A stretch of DNA of 64,000 nucleotides from the human T2T-CHM13v2.0 reference genome, Homo sapiens. The translations under genes were made by a program, and so were the position numbers. Positions 1 to 12,039 of the stretch are shown in pieces (positions within the stretch are counted from its first letter, which is position 1; every line of letters begins with the position of its first letter). Below the pieces are notes generated by a model that searched no databases, was not told where the DNA came from, and saw only the letters and a list, made by a program, of their open reading frames with translations. Location of the stretch: the NCBI RefSeq assembly GCF_009914755.1, contig NC_060925.1; one strand, given 5' to 3'.

Positions 1-1329
1 CTGGTGGGGAGCTGTTCAAATCACATCCAGGCGAGACAACAGCTAGGTCCTCGTTGAGTCCATGGTGGACCAGGTGGACCATGCATCTGGCACAACTGAG
101 GCGGCTCTTACGCAGAGGCTCTGGGCACTTCTGCGGAGAGGAATCTCAGATCCTCCCTAGAATACAGTTTTAGAACCCCATGTCTACAGTTTTAGAACCC
201 TGTCTCTCCACTCTCCTTTTCCCAGGACAGTGAATAAAGTGGATTTTCTGAAGAGGAAGCACAGAGACCCTTGCTAAGAATGAAGGCAGAATGGTATATA
301 GAGTAAGACATGCCCTGCTGCTACTCTATCTAGTAGCTGCACGAGGAGTCTCCTCGATGAATTTCCTCAAAATATTGCACACATTTCATTGGTTTACTGA
401 TGCCAAGTTGGCTATAATGAGAAATGTGCCAGCATCAGAAAGATTCCAAAACAGACCACTCTCCCCTGTGTCAGTCTCGTCCCTCTTCCTATATCCGCTC
501 TTTCTCTCTTCTCTCCCTGTAATCTAAGACCAAATTGTGCATGACCTTTCTCTCCCCTCAGGGCCCCTCTTTCTGCTGGTTACCTGCTACTGGCTCTCCT
601 CCTGGTTTTACTGTAAGCAAAATTAAAAAAAAAAAAAGGCGGGATGGGCAGGGAGCCTCTCTACTGGGGAGCACCCGACAGTGAAGGTTAGAAGACATGA
701 GGCTAATGAACTACAGAATATTGGTTACATCTCACTTGATTACACTTAGAAAATGTAAAACCACCTTTTAGTCATGACTGGCCATTTATCTGCTGGAATG
801 CTCAGAGCAACACTCCCAATCACATTTATTTCCTGCCTTCAGGTTCCAGTCAAGGTTTCTGGAAATTAGTGATTCATCACTGAATACAACAACTACCACT
901 GGGATCTGCCAAGACAGGAAAAATCACCATGTCCCTGTGCCAAGGAGCTGTCTCTCATTGGTAATATCTTCATGCAGCTGCTAGGACCAGCACACAAAAT
1001 CCATACACGTGCCAGGAGCAGCAGAGCCACCTGATTATGTGTGCCATTAATAACAAAACAGAGTTCCATTGCTCCAGTCTGGCCCCCAGGCCCCTGATAG
1101 GAAGGGAACAGGGGAGCCCACTGAGGGTCTGCTTTGGGTCCTTAGGTACATGAGGTTTACTCATTTGGGTGAGAGAGAAGGAAATCTTGTTTTTCCTGGG
1201 CCATAACTAAAGGGAGCACCACTCACACATGAAATGTTCAGAGTCAAGTTTGTTGTAATGTCTCAGACACTGATATTAAAAACGGCAAGGCAATAACAAT
1301 AGCAATGCATTGATGAGGGTATGAGAACC

Positions 1330-4110
1330 TTCTAATCAAACACGGTGGATTAGACATACATAGTTATTTCTGCTCCCTCCTAAAAATCTCAACACTGTGG
1401 TGGCAGAATCTTAAGATAGCCTGCAAGATTTCTCCCTTCCTGGTACACATGCTCTGTGTAATCCTTGGAGCTATGAATATCAGATTTTACTCCTGTGATG
1501 AGGTTATGTTACATGACACAGTTTGGTGTTAAGACAGAAAGATTATAGAGGTGGGCCTGTCCTAATCGCATGAGAACTTTAAAAGCCTTACTTTTTTTCA
1601 GCTTGTTGCAGAGAGGGAAGCATGAAAGAAATACAATGCAAGAGAGGTTCTCTGTTGCTGAGTGGAGGTGGCCCATAGCAAGGATCTGAGATTCATCAAC
1701 AGCCAGCAAAACAATGGGGACTTCAGCCCTACAACTACAAGGAAATGAATTCTGCCATCAACCTGGAGTAGCTTGGAACAGTCTTTCCCTAAGTCAAGCT
1801 TTCACATGAGGGTGCAGCTGGTCAACACCATGATCCCAGTCTGAGAACGTGAGCTAAGTACCCAGCTAAAACACCCTGGACTCCTGACCCAGGAAAACTG
1901 TGAGATAGTTAATTTGTGTTGTTTTAACCTGCTATTTTTGTGATAATTTGTTGTGCAGCAATAGAGAGCTAACACACTCTCTAAAAGTAATAAAGATTTA
2001 AGCCCATAAAGGGAGGCTATTACAACAGAGGAGAGGTGGCCAACAAATTTTGCAAGATGAGAAACAGGTAGACATAGGTCACTAATTTAGAAGAACAGAA
2101 AAAGCACCTGCAGAAGGGGAAGCCAAAAAGTAACTATCTGATTTGGGACTCAGGAAGTAGAGAGACAAGTGCCTCTGAAGAATGGGGTGCACATGACACT
2201 GCAAACCGGAAGACTAGGCAGGAGGCTGCATGAGGAGCTGCTGGACTCCCTAGAGTCCCCTCTCTGCCCCTACCCAGCCAAACAACTTTCCAACCCTCAC
2301 CTCCACAGGAGGCAAATGGTTACCCTCTGAGATGCTGAATCAGATAGACTCTGGACTTGAGGACATCTGTCACAAAGAATAGTAGGTGTGAGGTGAAGTA
2401 CTAAAACAGGAGTATTAAGTGAGGCCCCTATACTGAGCCATGGAACTCTTCCCCCCTCACCCCCCATCCTTTTCCCCTTTCCCTCACCCCCTTGGGAAGG
2501 AGACTGGAACAATGTCTCTGTAGAAATGAAGCTGATAATGCTTCTCCCTACCCTACTTCCACTCCATGTGTGCACATGTATATACACGGATATGCACACA
2601 GCATATAATCAGCTTTTTGTACCTCTTTTATACTTAAGACATGACTAGAAAAAAAATTAGCAGACATTTGAAATCTCTAGTATAGAAAAAAATCAAAACA
2701 AAGAAGAAAATGAGAGTCAGAAAATGCAGGGAACAGGAAAAAAAAAACCTAAGCAAAAACAATATTTCATCCATGAAACAACAAAATAGGATCCTACTTA
2801 CAAAGGGACACATTCAGAAAACAAGAAAAAGCTCTTGGATATTAAAGATTAAGATAACAGGGAAAAATGTTTAAATTGACACCATGTGTAGGAGATAAAA
2901 GTGAGGCAATCTCCCAGAAAATAGCACACAAAGATAGAAAATAGGAAAGAAAAGATAAGAAAATTAGGTGATCCATCCCTGGAGGTCCAACTTCCAACCA
3001 ACAGGAGTCAGAGAAAGAGAAATGCAAAGAAAATGGTTGAGTGAAAATTATTAAAGAAATATATAAGAAAGTTCTCTTCTATGGAGGATCTCATTAGAAA
3101 CTTCCAGAGAAAAAAGGCAGGTGACAAAATATTAGAAATCTGAATGGCATCTGACTTCCAAGGCAACACTGGGTTCTAAAAGACAATGGAGGAGTTTCTG
3201 CAAAATTCTGAGTGAAAACAATTTTCAGCATAATGATATATACTCAATCAAATTACTTATCAAGTGTGAGGGAGGGATAATTGCATTTTCAGATATTAAG
3301 CCCTCAGTGTCAAAAAAGTTACCTCTGATGCACCATTTCTAAGGAAGCTAGTGGAGGATGCAGGCCACAAAACAAAGGAATAATCCAAAAAGGGGGAAAG
3401 CACTGGGTCTGGAAATCAGAGAATCTCAAAGAGGACAAAGGAAAAGGGTTACTGGGGTGCCAGTGAAGGGAGTTTCAGAAGGCTGAGTGTTGCAGACTTA
3501 GAAAGCAACCAGTCAACAGGTCGGGAACATCTCCCAGGAAATTGCACAAATGACACATGGCTTGGAGTACCTATTTGTTTTCAATATGGTTTGTCAAAGG
3601 GTTTGCTAACAACTGTAATTAAGAACAAAGAAAAATGAGAAGATTAAAAATTAAACTCCAGGACAACCAATAAGTTATAGAAGTGGAGAAATGTGATCAT
3701 TGGTCTCGACACTGCTTTGTTGTGAATAATACTAACAAAGGTAAAATAATGAAAATACAAAATATCAACTTAAACAATGATTGTAATTAACTACATATAT
3801 TGGAAGAATGGGGAGGGGCAACGTGTGTGCACCTGTGTGAGTGTGTGTGGTGAATGGAGTGGAGGGAGGGTTGTAAGGGTCTAAATCCTTACCTTCCACA
3901 GTTGTAAATCAACATATGATTTCTACATTTGAAAAGCAAAAACATACTCAAGAAATAGCCTTATAAATATCTTATCTAAACTTATTCAGGTAAATACTAA
4001 AATAAATGGCTAAAAGTTGTTGCCCCTGAGGAACAGCCCTCAGGGTTGAGGAGGAATGAGCCAGGAAATCATTTTTTATGTGTGAAAAATCTTATAGTAT
4101 TGTTTGACTT
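1330..4110 (+). mobile_element. HAL1 (half-L1) / ancient L1M element, near full length, interrupted by an MLT1 LTR
   Basis: L1M-type 5' end (CTTCTAATCAAACACGGTGGATTAGAC...CTGCTCCCTCC). A-rich degenerate ORF1-like body (CCCTGGAGGTCCAACTTCCAACC; GCACCATTTCTAAGGAAGCTAGTGGAGGATG). 3' end TAAAAGTTGTTGCCCCTGAGG. No ORF2 region present. Confidence 0.65.
1396..1976 (+). mobile_element. MaLR solo LTR (MLT1D/E/F-like) nested in HAL1
   Basis: TGTGGTGGCAGAATC start; GGAAATGAATTCTGCC internal motif; end TGTGTTGTTTTAACC...GCAGCAATAGAGAGCTAACACA. Confidence 0.8.
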
Positions 4111-5715
4111 TTCCAATTCCATGTCGGTAGGTAGGAGGCCATAGAAAACTATCTAATTTACACAGTACCTTGATAATAAGAACACTCTCCTCTCATCCCG
4201 TGGTAGGGGTGGGAGGTGGAAAAGCATTGTTTCTGATAACTTTAACCTGACTTGACAGTGATGTCCTTGCAGGTGAGCATATACCTCCAGTTCCTTCTGC
4301 TAACCCCCACAATGCTCTGAATGGCAGGACCCAACTGCAGAGAGCTGAGACAAAACTGTAATCATGTCTTCTACCCATATGGTGCTGTCCAGTTTACAAA
4401 GTCCTTGCACATATGTTATCTCGTTTGATCTTCCTAACAACCATGTGCAGTACTCAGGGTGAGGAATTTGTACAGAGAAGAAACTGGAACTCTTAGAGGC
4501 TGATTGGCTTATTCATTGTCACACAGCCTGGACTCCAAACTATCTGCTACTTCATGGGCTGACTGAAGCCATCTATGTAAGGCAAGGGGAAATACGGCAC
4601 GATTTTGGAAGAAGTCATTATCTCTGGTACATTGTCTATTTGAAGTCTTCTAATTTTGTGATATTGAGTCTTTCTATTCTTTATCTCCCCTGTCTGTCCA
4701 CCACATCAATTCCTAACTTTTTCCTTCCTGTTCCTGAATTACTCCCGTTCTGACTTTTTGGATCCTATTCCTGCTTCTTTTCTCGTGCCTCCAGATTTAA
4801 TTCTTGGCTTCAGGAATTGAAACATTTGAACACTGAGCCTAATCAGATAAACCGTGAGTATAGTGTTGACTTCATGGTTAGAAGTGGCCACCCTGGCCAG
4901 TCTACAGCCCGGGAATTTGAACTAGACCTGAGAGCCCTCTTGATGAGAACCATGAGGCACCCAGGCCATCACATATGATCTGCTTGGACCTCTGTTCATC
5001 CAGTTCAGTCTTCCACAAACACAGGGGCTCTGGCACATGAAATACATCACTGAAGATAGATTTCACATCATATTTTAATCTTTTGATTTATTCCTCAAGC
5101 ACACACTAAGTTTGAGGCTAAAGAAATGGTGGAAAAAATGAGATGGGAAAAGTGGTGGGGATGAAACACACTGTATTCAAAACATTAGGGTTTGTGTCCA
5201 CCCTCAATGGCTGCTGAGGGCTAAGGGGATTAGAAAGGCTCATGTGTGAGCCACCAACACTTTTTCCACCCTCAGACTCCTTGGAGATTTCTTGATCCAT
5301 TTTGTGATTGAGGTAGACAGGATCACAGCATCCAGTGTTATGGCTGCAGGCATAATTCCAACATCTGAGAACATTTTCCTCCTAGATATTTAATTTCCTC
5401 TTCCAGCCGTTTACCACGGGGGCCCTAAAACCACTTCACAACTCTATCCACCACATCATCTTAGCCTCTTTTGCAAGTCTTTTAATATCCATTGGAAAAT
5501 AATGCTGTCTTTGATTCTGAGAAATCCCTAACACTTCTTCCCTTGTTTCTAATTAGCAATATTTCTGTGGTAATTAAGATGAGAGTAGCTCCTCAGTTCT
5601 GCAGCATTTTTAATTCAGAAAGAAAGAAAAATACAATAATAATATAAAGTGGCTCTAAGAATGAATTTGTTAGGGGACTTGAGTGTATGATAAATAATTT
5701 CAGCCCATCTTAAAA

Positions 5716-5772
5716 CACACACACACACATTCGTGTAGATATACATACATATCATACATATGCATATACAAG

Positions 5773-5813
<41 letters not shown>
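5716..5813. repeat. Compound (CA)n microsatellite
   Basis: About 7 CA units, a (TACA)-like spacer, then about 20 CA units at 5774-5813. Confidence 0.95.
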
Positions 5814-5818
<5 letters not shown>

Positions 5819-6809
5819 ATAATTACCCAATTCTGGAAAAACAGGATTCAAAATGCACCAATGGAAATACTGTCATTCTGTGGGCAGAACAAATGCATTA
5901 TCTTAAACTCTAGGCATCCCACAAAATGAACAACTGCAGTGAGCTGAATGCTGATGAAAAATGGCCACAAACAGGCCACCTTTCTTCTCTCATGGGATGG
6001 CTGGAAATGGGCATATTTCCTTGCTGGTCAAACACCCAGTGACTTGGCATTTTCAATACTTTTCAAAGGCCCGCTGCATATATTCACTCTGTGTTAGCTT
6101 TTGTTCTTGCTAAGTATGGAGTGGAGTCAGAGCTCTGCATTGCCAGACAAAATCTAATGCTGTAGGCTGAGCCAAGAGTCAAAGGTGCTATCATTTCTAC
6201 TTTACAGATGGCACTCCTATCTCTAAACTTGGGTTTGTGCATGAGTGCACAAATACATGCTTATACATCTTCCTAAGGGATTAACAAAAAGATGTCCTAC
6301 ATGGCAAAAAAAAAAAAAAAAAAAGATATCCTTTCTTCATTTCTGACTTTTTAAAATCAAGGCATATTTTGAGGCTGGTGCTCATCAGAGTACAGGTAAT
6401 GAGCTCTTGCTTGTAATTTTGTGAGTGTATATTTTCTCAGGGAATTGACAGATAGCATAGGGTTCTATTTGTTTGGAAATCATAATTATTTCTGGCAATT
6501 TGGTAATTATTTCTCCTGTAGCTAGTTACTTGTTGCCTTCTCAAGCAAAATTGTGTTTGCCAAGAGCTGGCTGGGGCAGTGCGGTATTTGGTGGCTAAGG
6601 CTCTGGGCATGGCTCATGGGGATGCTGGCCCTGCTAAGGACAGGCTCCCAGCTCCATGATTTCTCCAGCCCCCACCCCTGAGCTTGTCCATATCTGAGGA
6701 GAGTGAGCTGCTAAGTAGAATGCTTCTCTTTGTTTTAGTTGTTTCTTCCATTGTGAAATCCAGGATTCTCCCACTCCTATGTTTATTCAATCATAAAACC
6801 ATTGGGAGT

Positions 6810-6962
6810 TAGAGCTCATTGAGCCTTTGAGATCATCTTATTCACCCTCTCATTTTATGAATGGAAAATCTGTGGTGCACAGTGAATGGTTATGCCAAGG
6901 TCATCCAGCAGTCGGGAAGGGCTAGGCTAGAACACAGGTCTCTTTACTCTCTGGCCAGTGCT
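6810..6962 (-). mobile_element. MIR SINE fragment
   Basis: CTCATTTTATGAATGGAAAATCTG...GCCAAGGTCATCCAGC...CTAGAACACAGGTCT resembles the MIR core. Confidence 0.6.
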
Positions 6963-7456
6963 CCTTTATCCTCCTTGTGATGATTTAACTCTTTTTAGTT
7001 AAGCAACTTGTATAGATTTTCCAGTATGGATTAAGCATAGTCCTAGGTGCTGCAAGCTCAAGAAAGCCAAAAAAGAGGGAATGGTAGATGTCAAATGAGA
7101 CAACATTAGAAGAGAACATTACACAGTGCCTGGCCCAGAGGAGATATTCCATGGGTCCCTGCTTTTCTCCCCTTTGCTCTTCCCCACCCCCTATAGATAC
7201 ATACAGAGGGGAAAAATCTCAGATATTTGAGGTAGTCAAATTCTTGCAAGTGTCAGAAGGGGAGCTGATAGACAACTCCAGTTACTCCTTTAGAAGCACA
7301 TTTTCTAGTTCCTAATAAAACCTCTCAGGCTAGGCCCACACCTGGAAGAACTCCCCTGGTATTCTATAAAGACATCAGCTCCTGGGCTGCCCCTCTATTC
7401 CAGAGTGTTGATGAATGTGTGGCTCGCCCACACTGCCTGATTCATAAGCACATTAG

Positions 7457-7467
7457 TGCTGACTCAC
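7457..7467 (-). promoter_or_regulatory. CNC-sMAF/AP-1 element (GTGAGTCAGCA)
   Basis: TGCTGACTCAC on the plus strand matches RTGASTCAGCA exactly. Motif match only. Confidence 0.35.
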
Positions 7468-8729
7468 CGACAACTGAGAGAAAAAAAAAAAAAAAAAATC
7501 TCCTCAGGTTTTGAGTTGAGATGAAGACACTTACAAGATGCAAAATTCAGCTCTACTGATGGAATGATAACTGAAACACACCATGAGCTAGTCATCTGGG
7601 GAAAATATTGTCAAGGGTATTTGGTCTCAAACCCAAGCTCTTGTGCCCATTTTCTGAATTCATAATAGAATCTTCGTTTTCCAGAGATTTAAAAATCTCC
7701 TTACTTTACTATTAACGAAAAACAAGAAGCGTAAAACCATGAAGAATCTAAAGTAGCTGACCCAAGTTCAGCTTATCCCTGAGTTCAGCCTTGATAGGAG
7801 GATTTGGCTAGAAGGCTCCTTCCAACCATGAGTTGTGTGGCTATAAGATTATCACCAACCATCTTAGTGCCAGCTTTACATGAATCTGTTGTTCAATGAT
7901 TTGAAGCTTCTCTAGATCTTATTCAAAGCAAGGCGTATAGGCTCAGACAGCCTGCTCCACCCCTGGATACTTATATAGAATAATCATGTAGAAATTATTG
8001 AATTGAGGGCAGCCAGGGCTGCAACTTGAGTTCCTGGGCCCCTCTGCAAATACATCTCCAAATAAGAAGACCGACGGCCTTTTTGGCATGTAATGAAATA
8101 CAGAGCCATTCTGAAGATGGGCTCCTTGGCCACTGGGGAAGGCCATCCTTTGGTTTTGGCCTCAGCTCCTTGCCTTTTGATTCTTTTCCACCTCCTCATC
8201 AGAAGGCTAACAATCTAAACACCAAGCTCAACACACCCACATCAGTTAGTAGGCAGTTTTAGCCACATATAGCACAACACAAGTAATGTCCATGAAGGAC
8301 AAAGCATATTCAAGTGCATAAAGGACTGGTATACTGCCTGGTACAGAACCAAGCCTGATTTTAGCATACATCTTTCATCTTTTTCTAAATCCAACTTGTA
8401 CCAAAATACATTATGAGAAAAACTGTCTCTCTAAACTCTGTGAAAACAAGACCTTTTCTGGCAAGACTCCTGGTGTAGCCTGTCCTGTCTTCAAGCAGGA
8501 CCCCATTATCCACAATGGCTGCTCAGTAAGCCTGGGCGTCCCTGTTACACTCACCTTCTCTGAACTCTGCTTTCTTGGTTGTTTAGCCTCTCAGCCTCCC
8601 TGACTCTCCTCCTCTTGCTCCTTCTCAGTCTCAGCTGTGCTTTTCTGTATTTGTGCATGTGTGTCTGACTCCTCTGTTGCCCCCTCTCATGGTACCCAGG
8701 GAGGCACTAATACTCCGGTGTCCTCAGCA

Positions 8730-9338
8730 CAGTCCCCTTCCTTGGATAGACAAACTCAGAAATGGTCCCCATGATCTTTGCCTCCTGGTACTCATCCCCT
8801 TATGTAGTCTCCTCGCCATGAGTGTGTGTGGGACCATTGATGCTCTTCTAACCAACACCATATAGCAAAAGTGTTGAGATGTCACTTCCATGATTATGTT
8901 GTGTACAATTGTGACATCTTGTTGGCAGACTCCCTCCCTTGATGGTTTTGATGAAGCAAGAAGGCACATTGGAAAGGTCTATGTTTCCAGTATAAGACAG
9001 GGAGCTGAGGATGTCTCCCCACTGCCCAATAATCAGGAATTGAAGGCAGCCTCTCACAGACAGTCAGCAAGAATCTGAGGCCTTCAGCCCAACAAGCCAG
9101 AAGGAAATGAATTCGCTAACAACCACATGACACTGGAAGCAGACCTTTCTCCAATTGAGAAGAGACCACAGTCCTGGTCAACATCTAGGTTGCAGCTTTC
9201 AAATGAGACCCTGAGCCAGAGGACCCAACAAAGCCATGCGCAGACTCCTGACCCACGGAAGTGGTATGATAATGTGTGTTATTTTAAGCCACTAAGTTTG
9301 TGATAATATTACTCACAGCAATAAATAACCAATATACA
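8730..9338 (+). mobile_element. MaLR solo LTR (MLT1E/F-like)
   Basis: AAATGGTCCCCATGATCTTTGCCTCCTGGTACTCATCCCC; GGAAATGAATTC..AACAACCACATGA; end TTTTAAGCCACTAAGTTTG...GCAATAAATAACCAATATACA. Confidence 0.8.
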
Positions 9339-9538
9339 TCATACTTGAAGCACTCAACAATATGGCTATTCGGTTTCAAAGACTGTTTAGATTCAACAGT
9401 GTGTGAGGAGGATAACAGAAAACATTTACCCTAACATCCCTTTTGCAGAATTCCCTCTCCCCAGCACCTTGGACAGTTCACATCCAATCTCAACTTGAAC
9501 TTTGATAGCTTTGAGAAGCTTAGTGTCATACAAGATAG

Positions 9539-10250
9539 CCATCTCACACCAGTTAGAATGGCAATCATTAAAAAGTCAGGAAACAACAGGTGCTGGAGAG
9601 GATGTGGAGAAATAGGAACACTTTTACACTGTTGGTGGGACTGTAAACTAGTTCAACCATTGTGGAAGTCAGTGTGGCAATTCCTCAGGGATCTAGAACT
9701 AGAAATACCATTTGACCCAGCCATCCCATTACTGGGTATATACCCAAATGACTATAAATCATGCTGCTATAAAGACACATGCACACGTATGTTTATTGCG
9801 GCATTATTCACAATAGCAAAGACTTGGAACCAACCCAAATGTCCAACAATGATAGACTGGATTAAGAAAATGTGGCACATATACACCATGGAATACTATG
9901 CAGCCATAAAAAATGATGAGTTCGTGTCCTTTGTAGGGACATGGATGAAATTGGAAATCATCATTCTCAGTAAACTATCGCAAGAACAAAAAACCAAACA
10001 CCGCATATTCTCACTCATAGGTGGGAATTGAACAATGAGATCACATGGACACAGGAAGGGGAATATCACACTCTGGGGACTGTTGTGGGGTGGGGGGAGG
10101 GGGGAGGGATAGCATTGGGAGATATACCTAATGCTAGATGACGAGTTAGTGGGTGCAGCGCACCAGCATGGCACATGTATACATATGTAACTAACCTGCA
10201 CAATATGCACATGTACCCTAAAACTTAAAGTATAATAAAAAAAAAAAAAA
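9539..10250 (+). mobile_element. 5'-truncated young LINE-1 (L1PA2-type) with ORF2 C-terminus, 3'UTR and poly(A)
   Basis: ORF 9495-10031 is the L1 ORF2p C-terminus ([18 protein letters not shown]...[10 protein letters not shown]). 3'UTR has GAG at the Ta ACA/pre-Ta ACG site (GATGACGAGTTAG) and AAAACTTAAAGTAT. TSD AAGATAGCCAT at 9532-9542 and 10249-10259. Confidence 0.95.
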
Positions 10251-10329
10251 GATAGCCATTCTATCTATGGACAACTCTTTCTTTTTTAAAATAATTATCT
10301 TATATCTATGCCACACTTATTCTGTGCTA

Positions 10330-10520
10330 TTCACTACTCCATAATGTATATGCTTCATTGAAATTATTTCTCACAGTAATTCCATTAAGTCAGTACTATT
10401 ATTATCTACACTATAAATATGAGGAAACTAAAGCTCAGAGAAGTTAAGCAACTTTTCCAAAATGAGTGCATTAAACAGACTTTAACCCAACTCTAACTCA
10501 AAGTCATATTCTGAACTACT
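10330..10520 (-). mobile_element. MIR SINE
   Basis: ATGAGGAAACTAAAGCTCAGAGAAGTTAAGCAACTT core. Confidence 0.75.
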
Positions 10521-10739
10521 ATGACATACTGCTCCAATCTTGTTAGAATGTTCCTCCTTATGTTAAACCAAACTTTTCCTTCTTCTGATACACCGTTATT
10601 GATCCCATGGGAGTTTTACAGGATAAAAATTGTATTTCTCTTCCATAGGAAAAATTTTAAGATGTGTAAAAATAGTTATTATGTTTCCTCTTTCCTTCTT
10701 TATTATAATTTTTTTAAAGCACCCTACTTAAAAACTCAG

Positions 10740-11070
10740 TATGGAGAGGGATGAGTAAGCAGAGCAGCGAGAAATTTTAGGGCAGTGAAACTACTTTGTG
10801 TGATACTGTAATGGTGGATACATGTCATTATACATTTGTCCAAACCCAAAATATGTACACCAAGAGCGAATCCTAGTGCAAACTGTATAATAATGATGTG
10901 TCAATTTAGGTTCATCAATTATAACATATGTGCCACTCTGGTGGGAGATGTTGATAGCTAGGAAGGTTGTGCGTGTGTTGGGGTAGGGACACATGGGAAG
11001 TGTCTGTACCTTTCATTCACTTCTGCTGTGAACCTAAAACCACTCTGAAAACTAAAAATCTATTTTTTAA
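10740..11070 (+). mobile_element. L1MC-type 3' end
   Basis: TTTTAGGGCAGTGAAACTACT...GTAATGGTGGATACATGTCATTATACATTTGTCC...GTGAACCTAAAACCACTCT. Confidence 0.75.
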
Positions 11071-11129
11071 AAAAATTTCACTATACAAACAAACAAATGA
11101 ACAAAAATTCTTCTATGGGGAATGAAGAG

Positions 11130-11290
11130 AAACTAGCTAATGGATATGTGGTTTCATTGGTAGTGATAGAAATGCTTTGAAATTAGATAGAGTTGGTGGT
11201 TCCACACACTGTGAATGTACTAAATAGTACTGAATTGTTCACTTTAAAATTGTTAATTTTATGCCATGTGAATTTCATTATAATATGTTT
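11130..11290 (+). mobile_element. L1MB-type 3' end
   Basis: AAATTAGATAGAGTTGGTGGTT...GTGAATGTACTAAAT...GAATTGTTCACTTTAAAAT. Confidence 0.7.
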
Positions 11291-11309
11291 TTAAAATTCC
11301 TCCCTCAAA

Positions 11310-11830
11310 ATGCATTATTTGTATTTCAAACATAGAAAATGATAAACAGAGTGAAATAATATGGACCTATATATCCAACCACCAGCTTAAGAAAGAAAAC
11401 ATTTTAAATAGAATGAAAATTGTGTTTTTCCACCACATACTACCTAGCCCTCCCTTTCCACTGAGACATAACCACTACTCTGGATTTGGTAGTTCTCACT
11501 CCCACGAATTTCTTTATTACTTTCCTTCGTACATATGTATCACTGAAGAATACATATCAGTATTGTACATGTTTTTAGATGTAAATAAATGCTATCATAT
11601 TGTAGGTATTCTTACTCAACTTCCTTTTTCCATTCTGATTATGTTTGTGAGTTTCATGAATATACCACATTTTCTTTATCCATTCTCCTGTTGATGGACC
11701 TTCAGGTTATTTCTGTTTGTAGCCATAACAATGAATGCTGCTAGGAGCATATTTATATGTGACTTCTTATACACAAGTGCAAGAATTTTTTAGGTTATAT
11801 ATCTAGAAATATCTTTAGCTCCACCAGCCA
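11310..11830 (-). mobile_element. Old L1ME fragment (antisense)
   Basis: TATACCACATTTTCTTTATCCATTCTCCTGTTGATGGAC...ATGAATGCTGCTAGGAGCAT. Confidence 0.65.
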
Positions 11831-11849
11831 TTGCCTAGTTACTCTTATG

Positions 11850-11972
11850 GCAACCTTCTGAGATGACTCATCATTGTATTTGTCCTCCCTGGAGAAGTTC
11901 TGGGTTGTCAGGAACACTGGTCCAGGGAAATGAGATGATTGCCTCTTTTGTCCTGGGCAGACTACATCTAGC
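11850..11972 (+). mobile_element. CR1/L3 fragment (downstream of the RT core), inverted relative to the adjacent L3
   Basis: ATGACTCATCATTGT...CTGGGTTG...GGTCCAG...GATGATT...CTGGGCAGACTACATCTAG resembles the CR1 MSQQC...LGC...LVRPHLE segment. Confidence 0.45.
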
Positions 11973-12039
11973 AGTGGTCTGAGATTGCAGAAAATGTTTT
12001 ATCAGTCTTATACCTTGTAATCTGCCATTGATATTTTTG

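Noticed and set aside
163-205. Short local tandem duplications (also ~12957-12983, ~24427-24450, ~28685-28742, ~35616-35641, ~47723-47756)
   Set aside because: Ordinary slippage duplications, not repeat-spacer arrays; nothing CRISPR-like.
200-860. Three strong-looking plus-strand acceptors (225, 561, 842)
   Set aside because: Paired donors are weak and there is no coherent frame; such pseudo-sites are common.
9495-10031. 178-aa ORF as a host gene
   Set aside because: It is the C-terminus of L1 ORF2p in a 5'-truncated, non-autonomous copy; the start codon is a flanking TTG.
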